Source of the DNA: Chlorokybus atmophyticus
Lineage: Eukaryota > Plantae > Mesostigma and Chlorokybus algae
Reading direction: 5' to 3'
Length of the DNA stretch: 64,000 nucleotides
NCBI GenBank assembly: GCA_009103225.1
Contig: RHPI01002048.1
Coordinates: forward strand, 1 to 64,000
In this document: positions 9,297-23,307 of the stretch, piece by piece
How the letters are laid out: every line of letters begins with the position of its first letter
Numbering within the stretch: the stretch's first letter is position 1
Program-made: the position numbers and the translations under genes
The notes under the pieces: generated by a model
Seen by the model: the letters and a program-made list of their open reading frames with translations, nothing else
Told to the model about the DNA's origin: nothing
Database searches by the model: none

Positions 9297-12154
9297 ATGG
9301 GCGGATGCTTCTCGCTTCATGGGAGCGGCGGCGGCGGTGATGGCGACCGTCTTCATGGGGCTACGCACATGCTCTCGGAGGAGCTGAAGCTCGGACCCTC
9401 CCAGCGCCTTCAGGACGACTATAAGGTCACCAGGCATGCCCTTGGCTACGGCCGCTACGGCGCAGTTAGGTGCGTGCAAATGCCGGGTGAGCACGCAAAC
9501 TATCAACCAGCGGCATGTAGCTTGGCGCTGACATGCAACTGAGCATTGGCACAATGCATTATTACGTGCTTATGGCGACAGTACAGCACTGCAGATCAGT
9601 CAAATGGACCTGGAAGTGACAGGCTGAATGCATGCTCCCATGCAGCCATCTGCCGCTGGCACACACAGCAATCAGTGTGCTTGTTGCAAGCAGCACCACT
9701 GTTCATAACTGCCGCTGTGTCCTGTGTTGCGATTATCAATGTCGGTCACTGAGCCGCATTGATTTAGTTGTTTGTGTGTAGCATGCATGTTACCTCCAGT
9801 GACACTACTATAACTTTTTGCAGGCAGGGCACCAGGGTCAAGGATGGCGAGCAGGTTGCTATCAAGACATGTGCAAAGCGGGTGCTCAATCAGCGACCAG
9901 ACTGGATCAGTCGGGTGGGCTTTGATAAACAGCATGCAAACAGGATCATCGCAGCTTTTTGTAGTGCGCTGACACTTGTTTCTTGCATATTTGTGCAGAC
10001 TGGTGAGATTGAGGCTTTAATCAAGGTACATTCAGTTTTTATTGACCCTGTTCAAAGCCGTGTCTAGTACATGTGTTCGGCTTGCGTGCTTGTGTGCTCA
10101 TCGGGATAGAATGAAGAAAATAAGTGTAATCTCTCTTTCTTGCTGGCAGCTGTCGGAACAGCCATGCGACAGCATTATCCGGCTGGTGGCCACTTACGAA
10201 GACCAACAGAACTTGTACATAGTGACTGAGCTTGCGCGCGGCGGCGAGCTCTTCAGCAACATCTCGGAAAGACCGGATTTTGGGGAATACGAGGCATCAC
10301 AAGTAGGCAAGTTTGGTGTGCTGTTACCGAGGAACTGTTCTATCTACTCACAAGTCTGTAGCAGGGTACATTCTTTGCTATATGCCCATACTAGACTAAT
10401 AGCTTGCATGAGCAACAGCAAAACTTTCCACACGTGTTACAAGCTTTGTGACTAAGCAACCTGAGCTCTATTCTCATCATGGCTCTGATGTATACCCTCC
10501 AGCCCGTCAGTTACTTGAGGCGGTGGCTCATTGCCATCGGCATGGCATCATGCACAGAGGTATGCACACAAAGGTGCAAGTAATAGCACGCTGTTGTTTA
10601 CTTCAATTGGCTGATCTAATCACTCGCATGCAGACATCAAGCCCGACAACCTGTTGTTTGCTGACGAAGCGGGCACCCAACTGAAATTGGTCGATTTTGG
10701 CAGCGCCACGCCTTTTGTTGAGAAATGTTTATACCATGACTTCATGTCAACTCCTTACTACGCCGCACCCGAGGTATAACACCGTTGTCTATCGGCGGAC
10801 TAGTAGTGATGCTGTCTCAATTCGATATGTGTTGTGTGCTAACATGCAAGCCTCCAGGTGTGGGCGAGAAACTACAATGCAAGCTGCGACATGTGGGCAG
10901 TTGGCGCAACTATTTATGTGATGATGCGGGGTGGTCCTCCCACAGTTTGCAGCAGAGCGTGCAAGAATAGCCCTGACTGGCAGGCCATTCAGGTTCAGTT
11001 ACTGTTACTGTCCTGACTGTGCATGCACGCTGTAAACCTTTGCCAACTCTACTTGTATTGTGAGCAGAGAGGTGAACCAATGGACCTTCCGGACTCGTGC
11101 TCAAGTGCGCTGCGTGACTTGCTTGCACAGCTGCTCACTCCAGACACAGGTAACATCAACATGTTGGCAGAGATGTAGTACATGCACTTAACTTTGGATT
11201 CAGAGTTGGTGTCCTTGTTGGCAGCTCCGTGTGCACTTGACACAAAATCTTTGTGTGCAGACAAGCGGTTGACGGCCACTGCGGCTTTGCGGCATCCATG
11301 GATTCATGGAGATGCCAGTCTGCATGCTGGTGCCTTGCCAGGTTCTTCAATGCGAGGCTTGCGACTCTATGCCAGAGTTGTGAAGGTGTGTACATTACGA
11401 GCAAGAATTGGTAACAGCATCGGCAGGTTGTTGTCTCAAACATGTTAACTGGCTTGTGATTATGCAGTTCCAAGACACTGCCGCGGTGCTGCTAGCTGTC
11501 CAAAGCTCTCGCTGCCAGGCGCTGGTGCAAAAATACCTGACCGAGCATGCTGGAGGCACCTCTGGCGCCATCAGAGTCACTGAGCTCGAGGGCTTGTTAA
11601 TGGTAGGTCGGCATGTTGCAACCTCTGATTGACTTTTGACATGATGATGATGATGATGGTGGTACTTTGTGCTTGTGTTGCCATTGGTGATGAGCATTGT
11701 GTTTGTGACCATTCAGGACAATGCATTTGTGGAACCAGCAAGGCAGCTGAAAGGCCTGCGCCTTCGGTTGCTCGGCTCTGATGATGGCGCGGATGGCTTT
11801 GAACTCGATGCGGAGAAGTTCAAACAGCTGCTGGCTGCACGCCAACTAGCGCTCAGCCAGGACGGCCATGGGCTGACCGCAAAGGTCAGCATGTTGCCAT
11901 GTGACACATGCTGTTACCTTGGTTGCCAACAATTGTGTGGTACTCATCAACACTTTACTTGCTCCCAGAGTGCAAAGGTCCAGCTTGTGAGCATACGGCC
12001 TTCAAAGTCATCAGAAAACTTGAGGTCATTGTTGGGGAGCACCAAGTCATCCGATGCCACGACCTCATCTGCTGCACAGGACACTCACATCATGCACGGC
12101 TCTGTCCATGGCGTCAACTTGCTCTCCTTTCAGAGGACGTTTACCATCCAGTAG
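9297..12154 (+). CDS. CDPK-related Ser/Thr kinase, N-myristoylated, with degenerate EF-hand region (about 12 exons)
   Basis: MGGCFS N-terminus, LGYGRYGAV, VAIK, YIVTELARGGELF, HRDIKPDNLL, DFG, TPYYAAPE, DMWAVG, RLTATAALRHPW, then a CDPK-like junction and EF-like remnants. Confidence 0.88.
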
Positions 12155-12898
12155 CCACATGTTTGCGCTGGTCACATTGCGCTGGTCAGCGCATGTGCAA
12201 CACCCATTGTCATGTGATGCTCGCAGTGACCGGTCTGGTTACTGCGAGCATCACATGACAATGGTAGTATATTGTAGCATCTGCTGGGAGCGCTCTGTCC
12301 TTATAGGATCAGCTGCAGTGCATGCTAGCTCGCTGATGCGCGCAAGAATGGCATGCGTGAATGCACATAAAGTGCTGCTTGTGCTCCACCTCCCTTCACC
12401 TCATCCTCATACATGGGGGCCTCGTGGCAAGTTGTGTACGCAACATCCAATCAACATCCACTTTGACTACGAAATTGTGTAGCTACCGCAGGTAGGTTGG
12501 GCAAGATGTGACTTGCTTGTAACAGTACAAACCGACAATGGAACATGCTCGAGCAGTAGTCACTTGTGGGCACGCCTTTAGGCCCACCATGAAAATGTGA
12601 AGCTTGACGCATTTCCAAATGCGTTTCACAAGGCAGACAGACTCGACATTGGAAATAGTTGGCAGTACATGAGCACAGTACACCAGGTGCACACCCGTAC
12701 AAACCCCTCAACCAGAAAGGGTTGCAATCGCCCGTCTGCCACAGGCAAGCTGCTGCAAATGACAACCCACGCTGTGCGGCCCACAGCGTGGGCTCCCTGC
12801 TTCAACAAGCTTCTCAGTGGAATGCAGGCGAAAGGCTTGGGCCTTGCGCATGCAGCAACAACGGTGTTGAGGGGCGGGCTGGCCGGCGGCGAAGGTTG

Positions 12899-14327
12899 AT
12901 GGCGGCGGCGGAGGCGGCAGCGGCGGCGGTGACGGTGCTGCCACCGGCGCAGTTCATTGAGGACGTGGAGAAGTGGCTCGACGGCAGGGAGGCGGACATC
13001 GCCATACAGCAGCTCAACAATAAGTACGCACAAACACTTGACGTGCGTAACTTATAGCTGCCAGCTTTACTTTGGTTGAGTTTCGCCTGCACTTAACCTC
13101 GAGCAGTTGTTGTCTTGCATTTCTCACAATATCTACCTCTAGCTGGAGCAGGCACTGGGGCCACTGCATCATGCAAAGCACGTGCATGCTTGTTACCTCT
13201 TTGCGTGTGTGCAACGGTCTGGTGTGCATTGCCTTGACACAGGGTTGATAAACCCTAACTCATGATCTTTGATATGCCGCCTTGACTGTAGTTTATTTCT
13301 GTCTGTTTATTCTCTCGTTCCGCAGCTATCAACAGTACAAGCTCGCAGAGTCCAAGTTGCTTCAGCAACGAGTCGCTCTTCAGGTGCTTCTCGTTGTGTG
13401 CTTTGTTGAAGTTGATTGACTGTAGCTTGCATGCATGATGAACTAGTTTCGTTCGCTTGCCTCCAATTCTGGATTAAACCCAGCAAGCTGCATGCCACTA
13501 ACATCAACACCAACATGTTGCACGCAGAGTAAGCTAATAGATATCAACAAGGCGCTGGATGTTGTGAAGCTTCTGCAGGCAAAAGAGGGCACAGGCGAGG
13601 TGTGAGTGCTGTGTTGTGTACATATTTGAACGATACTTGACGCTTACTGTGCATAATCTCCCAACAGAAAGTTGAGGCGGATTTCGAGGTCGCCGAGCAT
13701 GTGTACGCAAAAGTGGACATATCAGAGGCGAGGACGGTCAGTCTATGGCTTGGCGCCAATGTGATGCTGGAGTACTCGCTTGAAGAGGTGAGAGCTTTTG
13801 GTGCCTTCATGAAAACTGTGCGTGTGCCTTGTTCGAGACTTGGGCTTCAGCTTGAACAAGGCACTTGCGGTATCCGCTTATTCAAGTGTCGCATGGTTGG
13901 CAAGCAGGCATTTGAACTGTTGCAGAAGAACTCCACCACTGCCGCGAGCAGTCTTGAGGCCATGCAAGCTGACTTGCAAAGGTTGAGAGACAGCATTACC
14001 ATTACAGAGGTGCGAGCCAACTATGACAAATACGTGCACCAACACGCGCCCACGCACACATGCACGTACATGTGTTCAATGGCATCCATACATGCTTCAC
14101 CAATATGTAGTTCAGCAATCAAGCATGTCATGCGCTTGACAAGGCTTGCAATAGTGCTTCTGGGTGGTTGGGTGGCTGCATTATGCAATCTGCAGCCGTG
14201 CGTTTCTAATGGATTGGCTGTTATGCATCTCTGATACTTGGTTGATGATTAGGTGAGTGTGGCGCGAGTGCACAATCATGACGTCAAAACTCGAAGGCTA
14301 GCGCGTCAACGAGGCGAAACGACTTAA
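12899..14327 (+). CDS. PFDN3: Prefoldin subunit 3 (VBP1), 6 exons
   Basis: PAQFIEDVE...YQQYKLAESKL...DINKALDVVK...FEVAEHVYAK...VSLWLGANVMLEYSLEEA...ITITEVSVARVHNHDVK. Confidence 0.95.
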
Positions 14328-16649
14328 CACTTGTGCTCAGAGTTCTGAACTTAGTTACAAATGGCAGTTGCCTTCTTCTGTGTAATGTGTTGCACACACC
14401 CTACTGTTTGTGACAGGTTTTTATTTGACAGCCAACTTTGCCAGTTGCGTGCATATCAGCCTACTAATCTGAGGCAGTTACCTCTCCAACCCACCACTTG
14501 GAGGCAGTGACTTTCCCAGCTATCATCGTGCAATAAGCTCCCTAGGAACTTAAGCATGCAGTATACTTACCCTGCAGTGTACAATTGCACGTGGCAGCAT
14601 GAGTGCGCGGGACTGAGCATGGTGTGTGTCAATCACTGCGTCTTCTCTATGGATCCCTTCCATGCGCACTGGCCATGCCAATGCTGTCACCATCAGGCAC
14701 CCGCCCATGCAGTTCGTAGCAAGTTTATTGAGGGAGGGAAGCAGTAGTATCTGCTCGCATAGATGTGTCCACGCGCTGGTAGTTATAGCGAATTGTCACA
14801 GCACAGCATAAACAGCATATATGTTTGCGTTGCTACACCCTATCTGATGCATTGACAGTCAGTGTTTCATTTGTAGGACCTAGTTCGTGACATTATGCAC
14901 CAATGCACTCTTGTGTGCAACTGGTTCTCACTGTTTGTTGTGTGGATGCCACGGGTGTACAAACAATGCGAAACGGAAATGCACATGTATAGTGGCATGC
15001 ACCGTCAGCAGCATGCAGAGTGATACAACGCATACCAACCACACCATTGTAAGGTTGACCACCAGGTTCATTCACTACCTAACACACTACACTAACCCTA
15101 CTACCCCGTTAGCCATGCAAGCACGCACATGCACATGCGTTCACCTGCACAACGGCCGTGTGTGTATAGAGATCTAAGCTACATGTAGGGGTGTTGCACA
15201 GCATTGCACAACATTGCATTGAAGCTTGATATAGGCATGCATATGGTGTACCGTGTGCATGGTGCAGAGCAATCAACGGCAGTCACGATAGACAATCAGT
15301 CCATGCACGCAATCATGCAACCATCGCGCTAATCATTCTCACCTACGCCTAACACACTACTTGCCAAGCTGGTTCTACCGCCCATCCCAGTCAGTCATGC
15401 ATGCATATGGTATAGAGTTGGGTTGGTATGCCCAGTTATGCACACACCCACGCATACAGTTGGCAACACGACAACAGAGGCAAGCTCAATTACACCAGGG
15501 GCCTAAGCTAGGTGCTCAATTGTGCTATGTGCAAACGCAAGGCGGGGCAGTGGGCAGGGCAATGGGTACGAGTAGGCAGGCAGTGCAATTAACCAACCAA
15601 CCTGTTGCAACAAAGGCATGCATAGGGAATGCATCGTAGTCATCCCACAAACATGCTCATCTGCAAGCAGTCAGCACACAAAAACAAACGCCAACACCAA
15701 CACATTTATTACACCCGGGGCCTTCACCACCTATCCTACACCACACCAAGTGCCTTGTGTGCAATACAATGCAAGTGTCAAGCAGCAGGAGGCAGCAGCA
15801 GCCAACCAACGATTTAACCAACCTGTAAAGCACAGGCATGCATAGAGGCTTAGTTGTTACCTGCCACAACCACTTGGGATCAGTATCCACTCCACTCCAT
15901 TGTCGAGGACAAACAATACACTCCCGACGCAGCCGCTCCCAACCCCTCCACCAACAATCATCGCCGCGACTGCTGTGCAACTGCAGCAGTCGCAGCGGCG
16001 ATTGCTGCCATGTTTAGCAGTACTGCGCTTTAGTGTGTCATTAGCCACTGCACAGCATGCACACGCATGTCATGCACGGTACTGCCTCCATCGTTGCAGC
16101 TGTGTGATACTATAGCACACCACCTAGCAACGCATAGGCATGCTTATGGCGGAATGCACAGTATCAGCCGTGTCAGTAACGCAGTACAACGTCTTAGCAA
16201 AACACAACCATACTTCTGGTAAGCACAGTGACAAGTACCAGCACCAGTGTGCAGTGTGCAGTGTGTGTGCAAACAGTGTGCATAACAAAGTGCACTGCGC
16301 TGGACATGGGCTTGCAAAATGTACATACAGCCAAGTTGCGGCCGCCCAGGTACACTCCCATTGTCTACAAACACATCTGGTACAAGTAGACCACACTATT
16401 GTCGCACTAAGATGCTACAGCAAGGCTCGCAGCCACTTGCATACACCCGTCACAACACATATCCTTATACAATTATCCAATTAGATTTTCTAATCCTGCT
16501 CACATGCAGGCTCATGCCATGTAGCAAGAGTAATCCTCTCGACGCACCCTGCTGTATATACACATACGCAACCGCCTCACAGCAACTCGGCAGCCGACAC
16601 GTTATACATAAACCAACCACTACCATACAAGATGAGCTCCACATGGTCT

Positions 16650-19600
16650 TTAACAGCTGATCTTTGGCCTGATGTCGTGCGGGGCATACAGTCCTGTGAG
16701 CGTATCCGCGCAGGCCAAGCGGATGCGTTCAGGTGTGGCTGGCGAGTCCAACACAAAGTGCCCCGCGAGGCCGTTATCCTCCCGAGCGCTCTTTACGGCC
16801 TCTTTGATGGCAAAGAACACCGATGCAGCGAGGAAAAGCGGGGGTTCGCCCACGGCCTTTGATGAGTGGACTGCACGGGGGTTCTCAGAGTTCTTTAGTA
16901 AGTGGACTCGGAAGTCAACTGGTATGTCATTCGCAGAGGGGATCTTGTATGTTCCGGGACCTTTTGTAAACAACTCCCCTGGCCTTACCCATGGGTGCTC
17001 ACGGTCTCCCCATACCAACTCCTCTATCGCACACCAACCCACGCCTTGGACAAAGGCACCTTCGACCTAAAAAAAAGATGACAACATGAGAGCCAACGAT
17101 GACCAAAGCGCCCACTCAAGGCTGTGATCAGAGCGCATGTTTACAACAGATCTGTGCAATGCCTGACCAATACCAGGTGGTGCACACGATATTCACGCAC
17201 GCATGCACGAGTGCAGACTGCTTGTTGCAAGCACATGTCGAGTGCTCAAACGCTCACCTGTCCAACGTCGATGGCCGGGTTGAGAGACTTGCCGAGATCC
17301 ATCACAACATCCGAACGTAGGATTTGCAGGTCGCCAGTCAGTGTATCAACCTCCACCTGTGCACAACAAAACAACCGCAATGTGTTAGCCAACCCGGTAC
17401 CAATACTTTTGCATGAATACATAAGCCTGTCAGTTGTCACTACCTCTGAGCAGGCCGCCCCATAGGTGAAGTAACTGAAAGGCATGCCAGTCTTATTTGT
17501 CCAGTCAAAGTGGATGTCGGGTGTCTTGTAGAAGCCATGCGCGCACAAGTCCACTCTCTCCATATATGCCTTGTGCGCAATCTGAGAAGACATGTGTGCA
17601 TGTATTCAGCTACTACGTCCATACATGCAAGTCTTGCCCCAATAAGGACAGCAAACCAGACTACCTCTCCAAATGTAGCCTCAGGGTTGGCCTCGCGCAA
17701 GGGTCGGAGGCGTTCTGCCAACTGGAGACAAGCATCGAGAACCGCCCCGCCATACAGATCAGAACTGGCTGATGCTGCTGTTGGTGACGCATTTGGGACC
17801 TGTATAAGACGGCTTACTGATGCATTGCTGCAACCGGAACTGGCCATTAATTGTGTTATTGAAGCTCAACTCGCCTTGTCTGTGCTTGTTTCTTGTATGA
17901 ACACCGAAGAGACTGGGATGTTGAGGGCGCCAGCTGCTACCTGTGGTACAGCAAACATAAATACAATAGCTTGTTGTGGCCAAATGTGATGACGAGGCAA
18001 ACCTCAAAGCCAACGCACCTGTGCCATCTTGGTGTGTAAACCCTGGCCCATCTCAACACCACCATGAGCGACCAATACCGTGCCATCCGTGTACACATGA
18101 ACCAGCGCACCGGCCTTCAAGCAGCATTAGCATCAATATCAAGGGCAAGACATGCATTGCGCACAACAATGTGCGCATTCAGTTTGTTACCTGATTCAGG
18201 AACTTGACGGTAAACGCAATCCCAAACTTGGTGGGTACCAGCGCAATCCCTCTCTTCCGGTATCGGTGCATGTGGTTGAACTCCTTAGCAGCTTCCAGGC
18301 GATGCTCAAGGTCGCAGGAGCTGCGCAGAAGGCCCCAGACGGCAGGGGCCTGGCAGAGAGTGAGAGTCTGGCCGTAGTGGGTGACATCTGAAGACGAGGA
18401 ATAGAGGTTGAGCTCCTGCATAAGAGCGACACGGAAAAGGTAAGGCCACATGGTGAGACTGCGTGTGTGAGAAAGTGTAGGTTGTTTGTGTCCCTACTAG
18501 CTCACAAGTTGCTTACCTGTACTTCAGTCTTGGTCTTGCCAACAGCGGTAGCGACGTGGTCCAGCAGCATCTCCATCACCATCATGCCTTGCGGGCCGCC
18601 AAAGCCTCTGAATGCTGTATTGGATGGCATGTTGGTCTTGCACACCTGCAGAAGATGCGTGTTCGCGTCAATAGAGTCTTACAAAAGCTGTTTTCATACA
18701 GAAATGCAGTGAATCATCTTACCTTGCCGACCACGTGGGCGTTAGGGAGGCGGTATGAGTTGTCGATGTGAAACATAGCCCGCTCCATGACGCCCCATGA
18801 GAGGTCATACGTGTTGCCGGCATTGCTATAAAGGGTGGCATCGAGAGCTACCAACTTGCCCTCGCGCGTCACACACACCTAGAAAGGAAATATGGTGAGC
18901 TGCACTGGTTTGGAAACACACGCTAACTTCAACCTGTTAGCACAGCCGTCCTGACCTTGTATTTTCCCATGAACGGATGGCGCTGGCCGGTGATAGCCAT
19001 GTCCACATCTCTGTCCAAAGCTACGCGCACTGGCCGCCGCAACAGAGCGGCAGCAACAACCACGGCACAACCAATAAACTGGCTGCGGGACTCTTTGCCT
19101 CCAAACCCACCTCCCAATCGCTTTGTCTTCGCAACAACCTGAGATATAACACAGGCACCAATGTACATGCGCGTACATTAGTGCGGGCGTGCGTGCCTGT
19201 GCATTAACCTGAGCTCCAGAACAGAATGACAGTTGGGCCCCTCACCTTGTTGTTTGGAACGCCAAGCACCTCAGCCGCAAGCTTCTGCTGAGCATCAGGG
19301 TTTTGCGTGGAGGATAGGATGATCATCTCGTTGTGTTCACCCGGCAGCGCGAGAGTTGCATTGGGCTCCAGGTAGAAGTGCTCCTGACCCCCTATCCTGC
19401 TCTCTCCTTCCAGCACAATGAAGTCACTATTGCCTTTGGCAGACTCGAACGCCGCGTCCGCATCACCACACCTGAGAAAGGGTAGCTTAACACCCAATCA
19501 TTGTTGTTGCAACACACACACAACACAACAAACAATGCATGCATGAACCAACCTCAACTCGCGCTCGGGCCATTCGTGAACTGATCCCACGGCGATAGCA

Positions 19601-22600
19601 TCGTCTATGCTGAGGATGGCGGGCAGATCCTCATAGGTAATGGCAACGGCACGCGCTGCTGCCTTGGCATTCTCGTAGGTGTCCGCCGCAATCACGCCAA
19701 TGACCTGCCATAAGTTGTCAGTAACTCTTGATACACCATGCAAAAATGCACAACATCACATCACATCACATATCATAAGTCAAATCGAACACAAACCTGT
19801 CCAACACAAGTCACTTCATCTTCGGCAAAGCATAGCTCATCTTTTTTCACGTGCCCAAAATTGTTGCTGCCAGGCACGTCTTTGGCGCAAAAGAAGCCTT
19901 CAAAGCCAGGACACAACTCCGCAGCTGAGGTGTCAATGTGCAGCAGCCGCGCATGGGGACGGGTGCTGACCACCAGGGCTGCATGCAAGCAGTCGGAGGG
20001 TGCTGCAACATCATCCACGTATTGCGCCTCACCCGTCACCTGTCAGATACACAAAGGCGGGTTTGCACCGACATGTTGCTAGCAAGCTACACCGATGAAG
20101 GCGTGGATTGAGGAGCAGCAAAAATTGTAAAATGTTGTGGCTAGTTCAGAAACGGTTGCAGCTTAGCAGCTGATAGATTGAGTGCAGCAATAAGATATCA
20201 TACACGAGTGGCGTACCATGTCAAGCTTATACACTTGTTTAGTTCTTCCTACCTGAAGTTCCGCTGTCATGTGCATGAGAGGTGCACCAACTGGCTCGCC
20301 ATTCTGGCTATGGTCATAGTATTGGAGTCCACTAGATGTGGGCCGCTCATATGCAACTGGAGCTGACCTGTACACAGCAAAAAACATTTGCACAAGTTGC
20401 TGATTGACCACCAACACCGTACACCCACCTGTAGGTGTCTGGTAAGGAGTGTTTGAAGTCTGGGACCTCCTGCTCCAACTTGTATGTGGTGTGGACAAAG
20501 AACTTGAACAGAAAACTTGCCGCTAGCGATCGCCGGAACTCAATCATGCCACCTGATACAAAAAGTGAGGAACAGTGAGATGTACAACGGGTACCTCACA
20601 AAGATGACCAAGACGCCCTCTTCAGCGAATTTTACCACAACGGTGTGTCATGTATGCATACAATACCTGTTATGCACAAGCATGCCATATGTGGGTATCT
20701 CCTTCCGTACCTGGTGCATTCTGTGCAAGCGGGAGGTCCTCCGCAAGTGCCTTCAACGCTTCTTGCAGTGTTTCCTCGTTCCACGGGCGTCCCATGAGCA
20801 GGGCCTCCGTGCGTGGTGCCGACACTGAGCGTGGAGCCATGCCACCAAAGGCAAGGGACACTGTAGATACGCAAGGGGAGTCGCCAGAAAGATCAAAGGC
20901 CACACGCATGCCTGCGCATTGCACAGACTGTCAGCGTACCATGCATGCGGGACATGTTGCAGTGTACGAAGGAGAGGAGTTACTACATACCAGCATTGAC
21001 AATGGCAATGTCGTCCTCACGGCGGTGGGCCTGCTTGAACTCCTTCACGTATTCATACTTGCCCGTGTATGGAACAAAGACAGAGACCAGGACCTCTTCA
21101 GGACGCATGTCCACCTTTCGATAGCTGATGAAGAACTCTTTGGCCGGCGCAGAGCGCGGAGCAGAGGCGCCTCTTGACATGATGTTGAATGTTGCACCCG
21201 AGGCCATCCATATGGGGTTTAAATCTGATATCGGGCTGGCGGTGATGATGTTGCCACCCAAGCATGCCACATTGCGAATTTGCGAGCCAGCAAACCAACG
21301 CAGCTGCTCATGAACAGCAGCAAATGTGGATGTTTCATGGGCGGGTCGGCTTGCAATCAGCTCCTTGCATGCTTCCATCACAGCCGACAAACTAACGGAT
21401 GCACCGAACGTGACGCCTTCGTCCGCCAAAGCAATATCGTTCATCTCCGGCACTTGTGAAGCTGCTATCAACAGCGGGTACTTGATGTTCTTGAACCTCT
21501 GCTCGATCCCAACCTGACCAGATGTTCACAGCTTCCTCAGCGTACTGTCACAGCAACAAACACACTTGTAGCACACACCACTACTTGCCTCGCTGTTGCC
21601 AACAACAAGCTTTGCTGTTGGATGTTCAGCTTTGAGCGCCAGCAGCTCTTCAAGCGAAGAAGGCCGGAACCAGGAGGCGTCATTGCCAATTATCGCGAGG
21701 GGTGTTAGCTTCCTGTTCATCAGCTCCGGAGGAAAGATAGGCTCTGAGACGCCAACCTTCTTTGATTCCTTGCCAACAGCTGCTTCATTGGATGTGATTC
21801 CATTGCTTTTGCCACAATCGCACGGCTTGCCAGTTGATGGGCAGACATTCGTGCCGGCGTCATGGACATGGCTGGCGTCATGAACACCATTGGCGGCTTG
21901 GGCGTCCTCCGTGTAGGCGCTGGCATCCGTTTTAGCGAATGTCTTAAAAGCATCGAGGATGGGACGGTACCCCGTACATCGACAGAGGTTTCCAGCAAGA
22001 CACTCTTCAATCTCTGCTTCGGAAGGTGTGTGGCCATTTAAAGACCTCAGCAACGCGTACATCGACATCACAAAACCGGGAGTGCAGAAGCCACATTGCG
22101 AGCCATGCGCATTCGCCAACCTCTCCTGTACATGTCAACTCCAACTTATCAATATGTGTCGATGCATGCACGATTGCAAAGTGTCTGGTGTCTGGTGGCG
22201 GGGNNNNNNNNNNNNNNNNNNNNNNNNNNNNNNNNNNNNNNNNNNNNNNNNNNNNNNNNNNNNNNNNNNNNNNNNNNNNNNNNNNNNNNNNNNNNNNNNN
22301 NNNNNNNNNNNNNNNNNNNNNNNNNNNNNNNNNNNNNNNNNNNNNNNNNNNNNNNNNNNNNNNNNNNNNNNNNNNNNNNNNNNNNNNNNNNNNNNNNNNN
22401 NNNNNNNNNNNNNNNNNNNNNNNNNNNNNNNGGGGGGACTTACTTGGACAGGATGAAGGCCGTCTCTGCGGTTGCCAATCCCCTCCACAGTGACAACATG
22501 CATGCCTTCAATGGAGTACACCGGTGCAAGGCATGCGTTGACAGCACGATGACTGTGTGATGTATAGTCAAGGACACAACTGTACTGCATAAAATGAATG

Positions 22601-23307
22601 CAAGTAACATGCGGCATACTCTACGCATGGTAATAGGCAGCAACTGGATACACGACTTTCTGGCGAAAGCGGTCATACTGCGAAACCATCACTGTGCATG
22701 CCCCGCAGCCGCCCTCTCCACATCCCAGTTTTGTCCCGGTCAACCCCAACTCTGCAGTACGAATTTTTAGTGACAAGGCGCCAAGCTGGCGCTTGTCAAC
22801 ATGTACTTTTTGTTCATGTTACACAACAGCAGCTTGCATACAGCCGTGCATACTCGCATGCCACCATGCATGCGAGTACGCTCGGCGATCATGGTTGGTG
22901 TGTACGCAAAGTGTTCGCAAACGTGTGCACCGAACCAGATGCGTGTTCTTGCATGCAAAAGGTGCACTGGAATGTGTCACAGGTGCAGCATGCAATAAAC
23001 ACAAGTGCAATCACATTACAATTCAGCTGCACTCAACGGCCCAACCTTCCCAAGCATGCAAACAAGCATGACAACTAGTGGCAGGTGTTGACATTACAAT
23101 TTAGCTTGCAGTAGTGGTAACCCTACCTCGAAGGTACTCAAGTAGGGTTTGAGTCGCCCTGTTGGGTGGAAGCACCCTGCGCTTGCCGTTGACGTAAGCC
23201 AGCGGCTGTGGGGATGACGACGAGGTGGACGGCGCCATGACGGGTGGCATCACACCCAGTGCAACTTCCGCCACCACCGCTTGCCCCGCATCCAGCCCAG
23301 GAGTCAT
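16650..23307 (-). CDS. XDH: Xanthine dehydrogenase/oxidoreductase (about 25 exons; one intron contains an N gap)
   Basis: 2Fe-2S motifs [18 protein letters not shown] and [12 protein letters not shown]; FAD domain [16 protein letters not shown]; Moco-domain motifs [19 protein letters not shown] and [12 protein letters not shown]. Confidence 0.97.
22204..22431. other. Assembly gap (N run) inside an XDH intron, flanked by G runs
   Basis: Seen directly. Confidence 0.99.
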
